A stretch of DNA of 64,000 bases from Selaginella moellendorffii (Eukaryota > Plantae > Lycopodiophyta). The stretch spans positions 1,447,514-1,511,513 of the forward strand of contig NW_003314287.1 of assembly GCF_000143415.4 (NCBI RefSeq). The letters run 5' to 3'. The notes below the pieces were generated by a model. That model ran no database searches. It had not been told where the DNA came from and worked only from the letters and a program-made list of their open reading frames with translations. Numbering within the stretch: the stretch's first letter is position 1; the number at the start of each line of letters is the position of its first letter. Both the position numbers and the translations under genes were made by a program. Positions 12,211 to 23,773 of the stretch are shown here, one piece after another.

Positions 12211-12990
12211 GCTATCATGGCAGCTTTTGGCGTTGATGGTCGTTTAAACGATGCGAGATTGTCTCTGCCCTGCCCTAATCTTGTGTCGAGGAAATGTCAT
12301 GCTTGCAAAATATGCCCGGGATGGGTATTTGGAGTCCTCGTGGAAAGATTTCAACGCGATGGGTGAGAGAAGCGTTGCATCTTGGACATCGATTATCCAG
12401 CCACTGGCGGAATTAGGGAAAGTGGAACTGGCCCAGAATATTTATGATCGGATGCCAATATGGAATGTAATCACGTCGACTTTGATGATAGCTGCATATG
12501 CCCAAAGAGGGCATTTTGACTTGGCATTGGGGGCCTTGATTCGATGCCGGAGATCAATGTGGTTACATCGATCCAATAAGATGGCTCTTGGGAGCTCGAG
12601 CTCCTGTGCTGCGCTCGTGGAGCTCTACACGCTGACTGGTCTCTTAATGGAAGCGAGGCAGCTCATTGAAAGAATGCTCCAAGTTGATATCGCATCGTGG
12701 AACATGTTGCTCGCGGGGTACTACTGCGACGACGCCAAGAGAACTTTCGATGGTATCTTCAGCCGGAACGAGGTAACCTGGAACTGGTCGGAGCTTACGT
12801 CCAGAACGGGCAGCTGAGATCGAAATGCTTGAGAGAATGCCGCAGCTTGCTCTGGTTGCGTTCTTGCTGCTTGCAGCCATGCAGGACTTGTAGTTCCAGC
12901 TGCCACTACTTCATGTCGATGCTCTCCGACTACGAGCTAGCACCTGTTGCGGAACACTTTTCCTGCGTGATCGATCCTCTGGGACGTGTT
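12210..12990 (+). pseudogene. Deleted and frameshifted copy of the PPR gene at 4560-6473
   Basis: Collinear near-identical blocks (SSSSCAALVELYTL; SDYELAPVAEHFSCVID) with large deletions and frameshifts. Confidence 0.9.
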
Positions 12991-13813
12991 GGACTCCGCA
13001 CAGTTCTCTTCTGGTTTTGCTTTTGGTCTGCCAAAATGTGTGGGAGTGGTCACAAGATGCTGCCACGTGGCAGAGAATGGAGGGTTCTGATATTGTAAGA
13101 TTCACACGATGGTATTGATCTTTACCTGTAATTACTGTAAACCCCCATATCCAATTGCTTTCGCGCGCTATGGTATATATGTCAAAGAGAAGATTTACAC
13201 AGGGCAATCTTTGATTCTGTCAATCTCAGCTGGGAGAGGCAGAGGGGCTGGTGGAACCAGCTGCAAACCTGGACATCAGATTTGGGCCTAGATCTGGAGC
13301 ACAGACCCGTTCCCAGAGGTGGAGCAATGGATGCCCACTGCGCTAGAGTTCTGTCATGCATCACAACATGCGGCAACTCCACGGATTCCATGGGCCACTA
13401 CATTGCTACAGTCCTGGGTTCTTCAAGCAAGTTGAGAATGGTTGAGGGACAGTTGAGAGGTAGTCTATAACCTATACTATCCGACTCCAAATCCTGCCGA
13501 CTGCTCTGATGTTTAAAGAGCAAGCAAAGAGCGAGATTGTGGTGTAATCCCATGATCCATGACCATAAAAAAAAAAAAAATGGGTGTGAATTCTTGCTGG
13601 GTTGGAGCACAGTAACTTTTAGTTCTCTTCTGTTTTCTGATCCAAACTTCTTGACCATTTGCGTTGGCGGGGTTGCGATCGATCCTGGATAAGCGCGAGA
13701 GTGAATATGCGATTCCACGATAAAATCCTTACCTGAAGGAAACGTGATTAGAAAACTCGGCCTTGGAACTCTCTGACGTACCTATGTTAAGATATTTACA
13801 TTCTGCTGTGATG

Positions 13814-15434
13814 TCATTGCTTTACTTGTTTCTTTCCTTTCTTTTGCTTCTCCGGCCTGTCATTTTTCCTGGAAGCGTTGAGCGAGACGTGTTCCCGTAG
13901 CTGCTCTATCCCTGGCCTCGACGGATGAAAACAGGGCCGTGGACTCGCATGCGGCCACCGGAAGAGCGTTTCTTTCAGTTTTCCCAAGAACCAGTAGGAG
14001 AATTTATCGCACAGTAGCTCGTGAGTCAGCCTGAACGCCTTGCAAACATGTTGAAGGCTGCCTTGATGCACGGATCTTGAACAGTTTTCAGATAAATCAA
14101 ACGGGTCTTCCACCTTAAAAGAAAAACGAAAATTGATTCATTTCGTCGAAAAACTTTTAGTAGATCTTGCTCACCAGCAGCGCATAATTCTTGCTTGCCC
14201 ATGCCGGATCGGTGGTCGTTTTGTCCCCCCACTGTCCACGGAAAGTACACACAGCTAGACCTTGAATCCACAACTCCTCAACAGCCGAAAACTACAGAAG
14301 GAAAATCCGGGATCAGAAAGTTCATAGGAAAATCCATAATACCTGGCCAAAAAATGACACGAACAACTCTGCAACTGAGCTCGTGTTTCCCTTCCCAAAA
14401 CCTCTTTCTGTGAACTCTGCGATCCTGTTTAGATAATGAAACCCATCAGCTGCAAGCAGCAATTGTCAGTAAGCAGAAAAAAACCAATGAATCATTGACC
14501 TGAGGCACCGCCTTGACCGATGATAGCGCTCAATGGTGGCAAAATAGGCGGATTTCGAGTCTAGAGGCTTTGGTTTATCAACATCACATACAAATGTTAT
14601 GGGCTTACTTGGAGATGAAATATAACGAGTAAAGACAGTGCATACGAGTTCAATGTCCCCATCTTTGGATCGTTAATGCACTGCGCTTTGGCCCAGCACT
14701 TAACCTGGGGGAAAAAAAACAGAGAGAGCATAAGAAAAAACCAAACACAAGAAAACTCATTACACTCACGAGGAAGATGAGCTGCCTGCACCTTAAATCC
14801 ATACCAACAATCAGGCCCAGGGCGTGTGACTTGAAAACAGCGTCGGTATTGCTCACGGAGATGTCACATGAGATTCTCCACCATGCATCCTCAAACATCA
14901 AGAGTGGCACGCGAGGCCGAAAGAGAACTTGGACACGAATCGCTCCACCTGAAAGCTCTAGTTAAGTAACAACAAATCGAAGGAGGTGGCACAAGAAAAA
15001 AAAAAGTGTACTATACCAGCTTGAAGTAGAGCATCATGGATAGACTTCAGAATTTTGGTCTTTTTGCTCCTGGAAAGCGGTGCCGGCTCAAGCGGCATCA
15101 AAGTAATATCTAAATCTCCCCAAGGCGTATACAAGTTTGACAGGAACGATCCAAAAGGTTTGATTGCCAAGCCTGAAAAGAAGGTAGTGTTTGACAAGAG
15201 TAAAATGGAAGAGCAACACATACCTTTGCAAACATCGATTTCTCTTATCAAAAACTCCAGCCGCCGCAAAATATCTACTCTGGCCTCGAAATCTTGCTGC
15301 GTCGGCTGGAGCTGATTCGCAGTAGCCATCAGCAAGCCCTCGAACAGCGCTGCCGCATTGGAGCGCTTAAAATCATCCACGCGCTGGTGCTCCAGCTGCC
15401 CGGCGATCGCAGCGATGTCAAGATCCAGCGCCAT
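13814..15434 (-). CDS. HESO1: HESO1-like terminal nucleotidyltransferase (multi-exon)
   Basis: PFGSFLSNLYTPWGDLDITL catalytic motif, VKCWAKAQCINDPKMGTLNSYALSLLVIFHLQ, and the PAP-associated EDPFDLSENCSRSV. Confidence 0.8.
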
Positions 15435-15639
15435 TTCAAGCAGCGATCGTCAAGCGCCCGGAAGAATCGAGCGGAGACGCACCTTAAAATCTCTCGTCGT
15501 CCCCGCCATGAGATGGACGAACCCTAAAGTAAAAAATCAGGTCCCACGTAAGACCTTCCTTTTAATCCATCTGCCACGTAGACCGGCCCAAGGATATAAG
15601 CTCTCCTCTCCTCTCTCTCTCTTGGTTCTCGCGAGAGTC

Positions 15640-16637
15640 ATGGCTTCTTCTTCTCTAGCTCAAATAGTCGCGCATTCTAGCCCTAGGGTGGATACCGGCG
15701 CGTCGAGGAGGAATCGCTCGGCGCTGGCATTTCACTGCCACCGGATCTCGTGGCGCCGCCCTAGCGCCATTCGATGGCGCATCGGATCCTCGCAAGCTGC
15801 TGTGGCGAGCGAGGAGAACATTGCGGTCGTCGCTCAGCCCAGAGCAGAGGTTTGTTTGTAGTTCTTGAATTTCCGCTGGATTTCTTTCCATCTTGGCAGG
15901 GAGGGCTAGAACAAACGTATGTGATGGTGAAACCCGATGGAGTCCAACGCGGACTGGTACATGTCTTTCGAGTTTTTGCGTTCTCTAGCTATGGAAAAAA
16001 ACGATTTTGTTCTTTTGTAAGGTTGGAGAAATCATCTCTCGCTTTGAGAGGAAGGGATTTCGTCTTGCGGGATTGAAAATGTTCCAGTGCCCCAAGGATC
16101 TTGCAAAGGTGATGTAAAGCTTAAAGACCTTGCTCAAAGTTTTTCTTCTTTTTCTCTCTTGCAGAAGCATTATGAGGAGCTCCAAGAGAAGCCATTCTTT
16201 CCCAAGCTTGTGAAGTACATAACCTCCGGTCCTGTTGTTTGCATGGTAAGTTTCTCTCCTGTTGGGGCATCTTCTTTGAAGCCTTTGGATTCCAGGCATG
16301 GGAAGGTCCTGGAGTCGTGGCTTCAGCACGAAAACTTATTGGATCCACAAACCCGCTACAAGCTGAGCCAGGAACGATACGTGGGGATCTTGCTGTTGCA
16401 GTTGGAAGGTAAAGTTTTGGTTTCTAAAGTTCTCAGGAATGAAATTTTGTGCTCGGTTATACCAGGAATGTCATCCATGGTAGTGACAGTGTCGCAAATG
16501 GAGAGCGGGAGATTGGTATGCCTTTGTTTTTCCAGCTTGAAAGAGTTTCCCAAGACAATATTTGCACAGGTCTTTGGTTTGGGGAGGCCGAGTTGTGTAA
16601 ATGGCACCTGGAGTTGACGCCTTGGCTACTCGAATAA
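15640..16637 (+). CDS. NDPK2: Nucleoside diphosphate kinase, plastid NDPK2-like (multi-exon)
   Basis: Ser/Arg-rich transit-like N-terminus; [36 protein letters not shown], and RNVIHGSDS with the catalytic His. Confidence 0.9.
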
Positions 16638-16639
16638 AA

Positions 16640-16883
16640 GAGTCAGAGCCACATTGAGTTTTTAAAATTGCCTCATATCTTGCAGAAAACAAAATAAAAG
16701 ACAAATTGTCTGAAACTTTGTTGGATTCGTAGGTACTTTGCATCACAAAAGGATGCTCTCTGTAGTGTGTTATATACAACAATAAGCCCATAAATGGCAT
16801 ATTCTACAAGTTTAATTATATGGCATAGAATTGAAAACAAAAATTTATTTTGTTGAAACAACCATTAGCAGCAATAGCTAGCT

Positions 16884-16928
<45 letters not shown>

Positions 16929-19900
16929 GAACAAGCAATTAGGAAGCTTGAAACTAGGCATAGGAGGCATGAAAAGGAAGCCCTTGAAAATAAAGCATTG
17001 ATTGAATCAATGTTAGATCATTATATATGAAATCGACAGAAGTTCAAACTAAAACAAAAGATGAAACAATTTAATGCTTTTATTTTGATATTGTAATAAC
17101 CCAAACATTTATATAATTACTATGCAACACTTTTGCACAATACAGACTATACACACACTAGAACAAAAGAGATTTACCCAAAGTACTAAATATCTTGTGT
17201 GCAATAGGCTCAAAGGTCTCATCTATGGTGATTTCTTATACTTTATTATAGTACTCATCCACAATCTAGACTTTCCCTTTGCCGCAGCCACAAGCTTCTC
17301 CTTTGATCATTAAATGATAAAGAGAACTTGGGGGCTATGGTTTCCCATAGGTCTTTTTAAAAAGAGGTAGAACCTCACAACAACTTGGTGTGGGGGAGTT
17401 GTAGCAATAAGGATTTAGGGTATATAGGTTGTAAAGAGTTGTCTTCACTTAGCTAGTTTCAGTCAGCATCATAGCATCCTTGTGATTCACATATAGAAGA
17501 TATAATAGGTGACCTTTGTAGAGAACAAGCTTTGTTGGCTTGGTGTTTGTATTCAACTTGACTACCAAATAAAAGTTATAACCCTTTAAACCCAAGAGTT
17601 GATTGCAGTGAAGAACATCACTAACACCTATGCTCAACACAACAATCATAACCTTGCTTGCTCCTACAAGAGGTGCACCACCTCTATACATTTTTGCAAA
17701 CTGAAGAGGAATATATAAAAACTAAAAGAACTATAAGTAAGAGGTGGTGGGGGAAGGAAAGCATGCATCCTGCAATTTATAGCCTTGGTGAAATTAAGAT
17801 TTGTGAAATTCATCTCTTCACAAAATAATGAGTTACCATTACTATAGTTTTAAGAGGACCACTTGGTAGCATTTATGACTGAGTGGCCTTGTATGCTCTT
17901 AAGCACTCTCTATCTCTTGTGGGACTAGATATACCAACTTGTGTACCATATACACAACTAACATTTATATCAAAGGATGGATGATCATCAAAGTGGTGGT
18001 AGATATCATGTGGATAAAACAAATATGGTTGAAAACCCATAAATGATATTTGTTAAAATGCATATAAAGGTTATTTTTATTTCTCTCTCTCTTTCTCTCT
18101 CTCTCTTACACACATACACACATACACACACAAATGCCAACTATTGTTGCTAATGGTTGTTTTAATGAAATAAGTTTTTTGTTCATTTCTATGCTTATCT
18201 GGTATTTACTACTACTTTTTATGATGCAAAATATCTACAAAGTTTCAGAAAATTTGTCCTTTCTTTCTTTTTTTTCTAGCTCCAAATCTTTTATTCAAGT
18301 AGTGAGGGCATCAACTTGGGTTACCATTTACACAACTCAACCTCCCCAAACCAAAGACCTGTGCAAATATTGTCTTGGGAAACTCTTTCAAATTGGAAAA
18401 ACAAAGGTATACCAATCTCCCACTCTCTATTTGTGACACTGTCATTACCATGGATGACATTCATGGCATAACTGAGGATGAAAGTTCATTCTTGAGAACT
18501 TTAGAAACCAAAACTTTACCTTCCAACCACAATAACAAGATCTCCACATATCGTTCCTGACTCAGTGTTCATGGGCCAAATAAGTTTTTGTCTGGAAGCC
18601 ATGACTCTAAGACTTTCTTATGCCTAGAATCCACATTGCTTTGGGGTCTTGAGGCACAAGGAGATTTCACCTATTGGTGCCAATTAGGTGGTCTATGGAC
18701 CTTCATCTGAAAAGCTTCACAAAAGATGCCCTAATAGGAGAGAAACTTAGAAGCTATACTTCACAAGCTTGGGAAAGAATGGCTTCTCTTGGAGTTCCTC
18801 CTTTGTAAGATCTTTAGGGCATTGAAACATTTTCAATCCCACAAGACAAAATCCCTCCAATCCAAAATTTATCATTGCGGCCAAGGAGATATGTGAATTT
18901 GTGAGCCTTGCTAGAAGCTGGAACAAGTTGCTCACTTTGAAGCTTGGCAATCATGGACGCAAAAAAAAGGTGGGTAAACATATTAAACAAAATATTGGAA
19001 CCTACTGCCTCGGAAATGGTGGGCAAATAGTGGCTACCTCTGCCTTGAAATGTTGATCGTGGAGGACAATAGTTGAAGAGGTGGAAGACATGGAAGCCAT
19101 TGGTGAGAGTTTGATGGCAACATTCATCCAGATAGACAACATTTACAAAAGTTCATTCTAAAACAAAAGATGAAATGATTTGGTGCAAACACCAATGCTT
19201 TTATTTTGATATTGTAAGAACCTAGGCATTTATATAGTTACTGTGCAGCACTTTGGCACAATACACACTATACACACACTTCCCCATTTATATTATTCAT
19301 GGCTTTTTAGGCTCATCCTGAGCATAAACCACAAGAGCACCCAGAGTAGTAGTTTCCTTGTATGCCTTAGGTGTAAGGTTCTCACCCACAGTGATTTCCT
19401 GTATCTCATTGTAGTACTCGTTGACAACCCAAACTTTCCCGTCGCCATGATAAACAAAACTTAGGGGCTTTGGTTCTCCATAGGTCTTTTCAAAAACAGG
19501 TAGAGCCTCACAACAACCTGGTATGGGAGAGTCATAACAACAAAGATTTGGGGCATGCATGCTGTAAGGAGCTGTCTTCACTTGGCCAATTTCAGTCAGT
19601 GTCATGGCATCATTGTGATTCATATATGAAGGATATAGTGGGTGACTTTTGTAGAAAAAAAACTTTGTTGGATGGGTGCTTGTTTTTGGCTTGACTCCCA
19701 AATAGAAGTCATAACCCTTTGAGCCCAGGAGCTGATTGGAGTGGAGAACATCACCAACACTTTTGGTCAATACAATAGTCATAGCCTTGCTTGCTCCCAG
19801 AAGTGGTGCACCACCCCCACACATTTTTGCAGACTAAAGAGGCATTACTTTAAGTTTTACAAATTTTAGTTTCACCAAGGCTATAAATTATAGGGTGCAT

Positions 19901-20570
19901 GTTCTCCTCCCCCATTGCCTTTTATTTGTAGTTCTCTTTGCCATTGCTACAGTTTCAAGAAGACCACTTGATAGCATTCATGATTAGGTGGCCTTGTATG
20001 CTCAAGCACTCTCTATTTCTTGTGGGACTAGATATGCCAGCTTCTGTACCATATGCAGGACCAATATTTATATCAAAGGATGGATGATTGTCAAAAGTGG
20101 TGGTAGATGGATAAACCAAACGTGACTATTTATAAGGCTGAGAACCCATAGCTAAAAGAATTTTGTTAACGTTTTTTTTCTTCAAGTTCAAGTTAAAACT
20201 TTATTCTTTGCAGATTGTTTCCTCTACAAGAAAAAAGATCACATAAGCAAGAATTGTCCATCTAGATTCTTTCAAAAGTTTGGAGTAAGCATTGTAATAC
20301 TTCATTTAAACTCTTTACTAACATTATTAAAATTTATGACTCAATTCTATAAAAGAATTAAACACACTTTTTGCAATTACCAACTTGCATACCTACGGTG
20401 AGTCCACATCCTTTGCCCTGCAAAAAGTGATAGCATAAAATTTCAAAAAGCCATTCTTGATATACTTAATTATTATGTTCCACAAATCCATAAAAAGAAC
20501 CTGTGTATCATTTTTCTCTCCTTATTGAAAGAATCCCCCACATTTGAAACCAAATTCTTCTTCTCCCTAA
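16640..20570. repeat. Mosaic repeat block: degenerate inverted NDPK2 copy (~18240-18860), FYVE fragment (~18860-19020) and two copies of an unknown coding-like module
   Basis: Direct sequence matches to 16050-16880 and 3700-3940. Module ORFs at 17449-17691 and 19297-19824 resemble 9807-10274. Confidence 0.8.
16887..16922. repeat. (CT)n microsatellite
   Basis: Uninterrupted CT run. Confidence 0.9.
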
Positions 20571-20946
20571 CAGTTTTCCACAATGCTAGATCCTTCTTCC
20601 ACATCCATGAAAAGAACATGATAGGTTTCCACTTTAGCATGGCACTTCACAAAACCAAGCTCACAAATCTCGATCCAAATGCCCATTCTTAGCATAAGCA
20701 GATTCGATCATACCATCGAAGACTGAGGGAGCATCTCCAATTTGGATGGGAAGAGTTGAGAGATAAGACCCACGAGTGGATCTGCTTGGCTTGAGGAAGA
20801 GCTTATCAGAGTGACGCATTCTTGCAGGCTCAGCACTGCCGAATGCGAGCGTTTTGCACCGACAAACAAATTTTCTGTTAGCATCCCAGGAACTAAAATG
20901 CCTCAACTTACATGGAGAGAAAAAAAGAAAGGCTTTTCCCTGGAGA

Positions 20947-21482
20947 CTATATCACGGCCGGATCTTGTGTCACGAAAGGGTTGGCGATTTCTTCGGTACC
21001 ATCAGTTGGAGCGACGAGCATCACCGCGGTACCTCTACAAACCTGAGAAAGAAGGAAGCCAAAACCATCAAAGTTTTCGCTCTCGAGTAAGAAAACTTAC
21101 CACTAGGCCGAGAGCTCTGGTTTGATCCGTTGTCTTCAATGGATCATCGTGATCTATTGACAGAAAAGTTTAGCTCCTTCCAGAGCAAATTCCAGACTCA
21201 TACCTCTCAAGTACTCGACTGCCTCATCCAGGACGAGATTGAGTAGCTGGTCATAGCCTTTCAAGGTCCCGATCACTGCTCCATTCCACGATTTCAAGCA
21301 AAATCCACCCCAGACTGCATTTCATACCTTGGCGCCCGCCGCTGAGCTTGACGCACACGCCCTTGTCGATGAACTTGGCCAAATCGAGCACAGTCTCCTT
21401 GCGATTCGACTGCAGGAACGAGAGAATCACACAGGGGTGAGTGGAAATCCGCGACGATCTTCCATGGAGTGGAGCTCACCAT
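20947..21482 (-). CDS. LSM7: Sm-like protein LSm7 (first coding exon is ATG only)
   Basis: M|SNRKETVLDLAKFIDKGVRVKLSGGRQ...GTLKGYDQLLNLVLDEAVEYL...DHDDPLKTTDQTRALGL|VCRGTAVMLVAPTDGTEEIANPF. Confidence 0.93.
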
Positions 21483-21715
21483 GTCTCTTCTAAAACCCTA
21501 TCTTGCCCTAAATTCCCCGATTTAAAAACTTTGCCCTAAAAGAGGGACGGGAGCTCGAATCCCGGGAACTCTCGCGCCTGTCTGTTGCAACTCCCGCGGC
21601 ATGCCGGCCGAGTTTCGCGCGAGAATTTCTTGGGCGAGGAGGAAGAAGAAGAGAAATGGGCGTTTCTGGAATTCTCAGCTATCTCGAATACGCGCTTCTC
21701 CACAAGATTTTCGTC

Positions 21716-22392
21716 ATGAAAATCTTTGGGTGAGTGCTTTTGATCGATACATTGATGAGAATCCATCGAAGGGAAACAATGCGCTGAGCGAGAGAAGGGA
21801 AATTCTTGCAGGAGGCACGTACGATCCGAGCAAGCCATGGCTGAGGCTTCGGATCTGTCGCCCATATCTCTCACGCTCAATGACTACCGCGTCACGCTCG
21901 ACAACGGGCAATGGACTTCGGGTAAGATCTAGAGAAAATCCTCTCTTTTCGATCGATTCTCCTCCTTGTTCTCTAGATTATCCCGACGATGGGAGGACCG
22001 ATCACGCGCCCCCATCGGGTGCCATGGAGAAAGAAGTCATTCGCTTGCGGAACGATAAGCGAAGATTGGTATGGCCTTCCCGCGAAAAGAAAGTGGTGTT
22101 TTTCACTCTCGATCTCCACTGAAAGATGCGAGACCTCGAGAAATTCAAGCGCCAAGCTCGCGAGATGGACGAGCTCAAGGAGCGATGGAGCAATCTGGAT
22201 TTCAAGTACCAGCTTCTCATGGACATGGTACAATCAAAACTTCCAGAATTCTCTCAAGAGCAAAGCTATGATTCTTCCCAAATCTCTCTCCAGTGGACGC
22301 TGAAGCAGCTCGATACCGAGAAGCAAGCATCCTCGCGAGCGCACAGCCCCACATCCAACAAGAACTCTCCTCGCGCTGGAACACCATCCTAG
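21716..22392 (+). CDS. Chibby-like coiled-coil protein (5 exons; alternative in-frame ATG at 21656)
   Basis: Spliced product MKIFG|RHVRSEQAMAEASDLSPISLTLNDYRVTLDNGQWTS|DY...EKEVIRLRNDKRRL|MRDLEK...NLDFKYQLLMDM|WTLKQLD; all junctions GT-AG and in frame. Confidence 0.65.
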
Positions 22393-22465
22393 AACTTGGC
22401 TCGAATTTAAAATTAGGCCAATGCTCTGTTTTTAGGGCAAGCCTAGGTTTGTGTGATTCTCGGCT

Positions 22466-23736
22466 ATGGCACCTCCAGCGCTGAGGCTGCCGCGCCATTC
22501 CTCCGGCGACGACACCAAATGCAGGCCCGCGCTGCTGCTCATCGCGGTCTCGGCATGCGCCGCCATCGCGACTTACTTCGCGCTGTCGCCACTCTTCCAA
22601 CCGGATCAGGGCGCGATCTCGTCGGATTCCAGCGACGGCCGCTCCGCCAGGCACCTCGTGGCGATCCGCGAGGAGAAGGCGGCGTGCTGCCGCGGGATCG
22701 AGCACCAGGAGCTGTGGGGATCGGTGGTCCAGTGGGGGACGAGCAACAAGGTGAATTCCTCCGCCGCGTGCTGCCAGGCTTGCAAGGCCGCGCAGTGTAA
22801 TTCCTGGGTGTATTGCGGGGATCGAGTGAAATGCGGGCCAAATTTTGGAGAGGTAGTATAAAGTTGACTCCTTCCTTGTCCGAGCGTGTTGTTTGTTTTC
22901 ATTCTCTTCACAGTGCTGGCTAAAGAATCAGGAGGATCCTCTCTCCCCCGACGTCCAGGATTCTAGCAAGGACGTCTACTGGACTTCTGGGCTTGTCTAT
23001 GCGAAGAATGTGGTAAGCTCTAGCTAGATTTCGATTTGGACACTGACAGTCTTGCTAAAGTAAGATCTTCTCCTTGTTTTTGACAGGGTCTCGTGCAGCT
23101 AGAGACCGAATATGGAGCGATCAGGCTCCAGGTAAGAAGAGAAGTTTAAGTTTGAGTTTGAGCTAAGTTGAGAAACAAAACACTTCCTTCACAGCTTCTT
23201 CCAGACTGCGCTCCACTTTCAGTCGCGTTTGTGATCGAGCTCTTGAAGTTGCGGCACTGCGCAGGTTGCAACATCTACCGAGCTGAGACCCGCGGGAATT
23301 CATGGGATGAGGAAGGAAATCCCACAGCAAAGGTAAGAGTTGCACATTCTTTTCAAATTTATGCTCTATGTTTCTCATGTTTTCTTGTTTTCTTTCTTAG
23401 AACTTGAGAGGACCTCCTCATGCTATTTTACAAGGCACTCTAGAGGCCGAGGGCCTCGGCTTCAAGGAACTCCCCAGAGAAGCTTGTCCGATGATCCGCA
23501 GGGGTATGGTAGGATGGATCGAAGGAGGCCCCGATTTTTTCATCAGCCTCGCAAACCATGACGATTGGTACCCGAAACACACAGTTTTTGCCAACGTTCT
23601 TCCAGACGACCTTCCTCTAGTTGAGAAGCTCGCGAGCTTGCCAACGTCAAAGACCATCTGGAGCGGGATTGATGTCGCTGTGCTGAAGAAGCCGATCAGC
23701 TTGAAATTGGCGAGGGCGAGCGTTGCATCGTCCTGA
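22466..23736 (+). CDS. Membrane-anchored PAN/apple-like plus cyclophilin-like domain protein
   Basis: N-terminal TM segment; WGTSNKVNSSAACCQACKAAQCNSWVYCG; LETEYGAIRLQLLPDCAP; GGPDFFISLANH..W...HTVFA. Confidence 0.8.
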
Positions 23737-23773
23737 CTCAGTTCTAATTTTTTTTCCTTGTTCTCCCATAACA

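Noticed and set aside
13814-15434. Functional link between HESO1 and the adjacent hairpin locus
   Set aside because: Adjacency alone is not evidence in a plant genome, and no HESO1 sequence was seen in the repeats.
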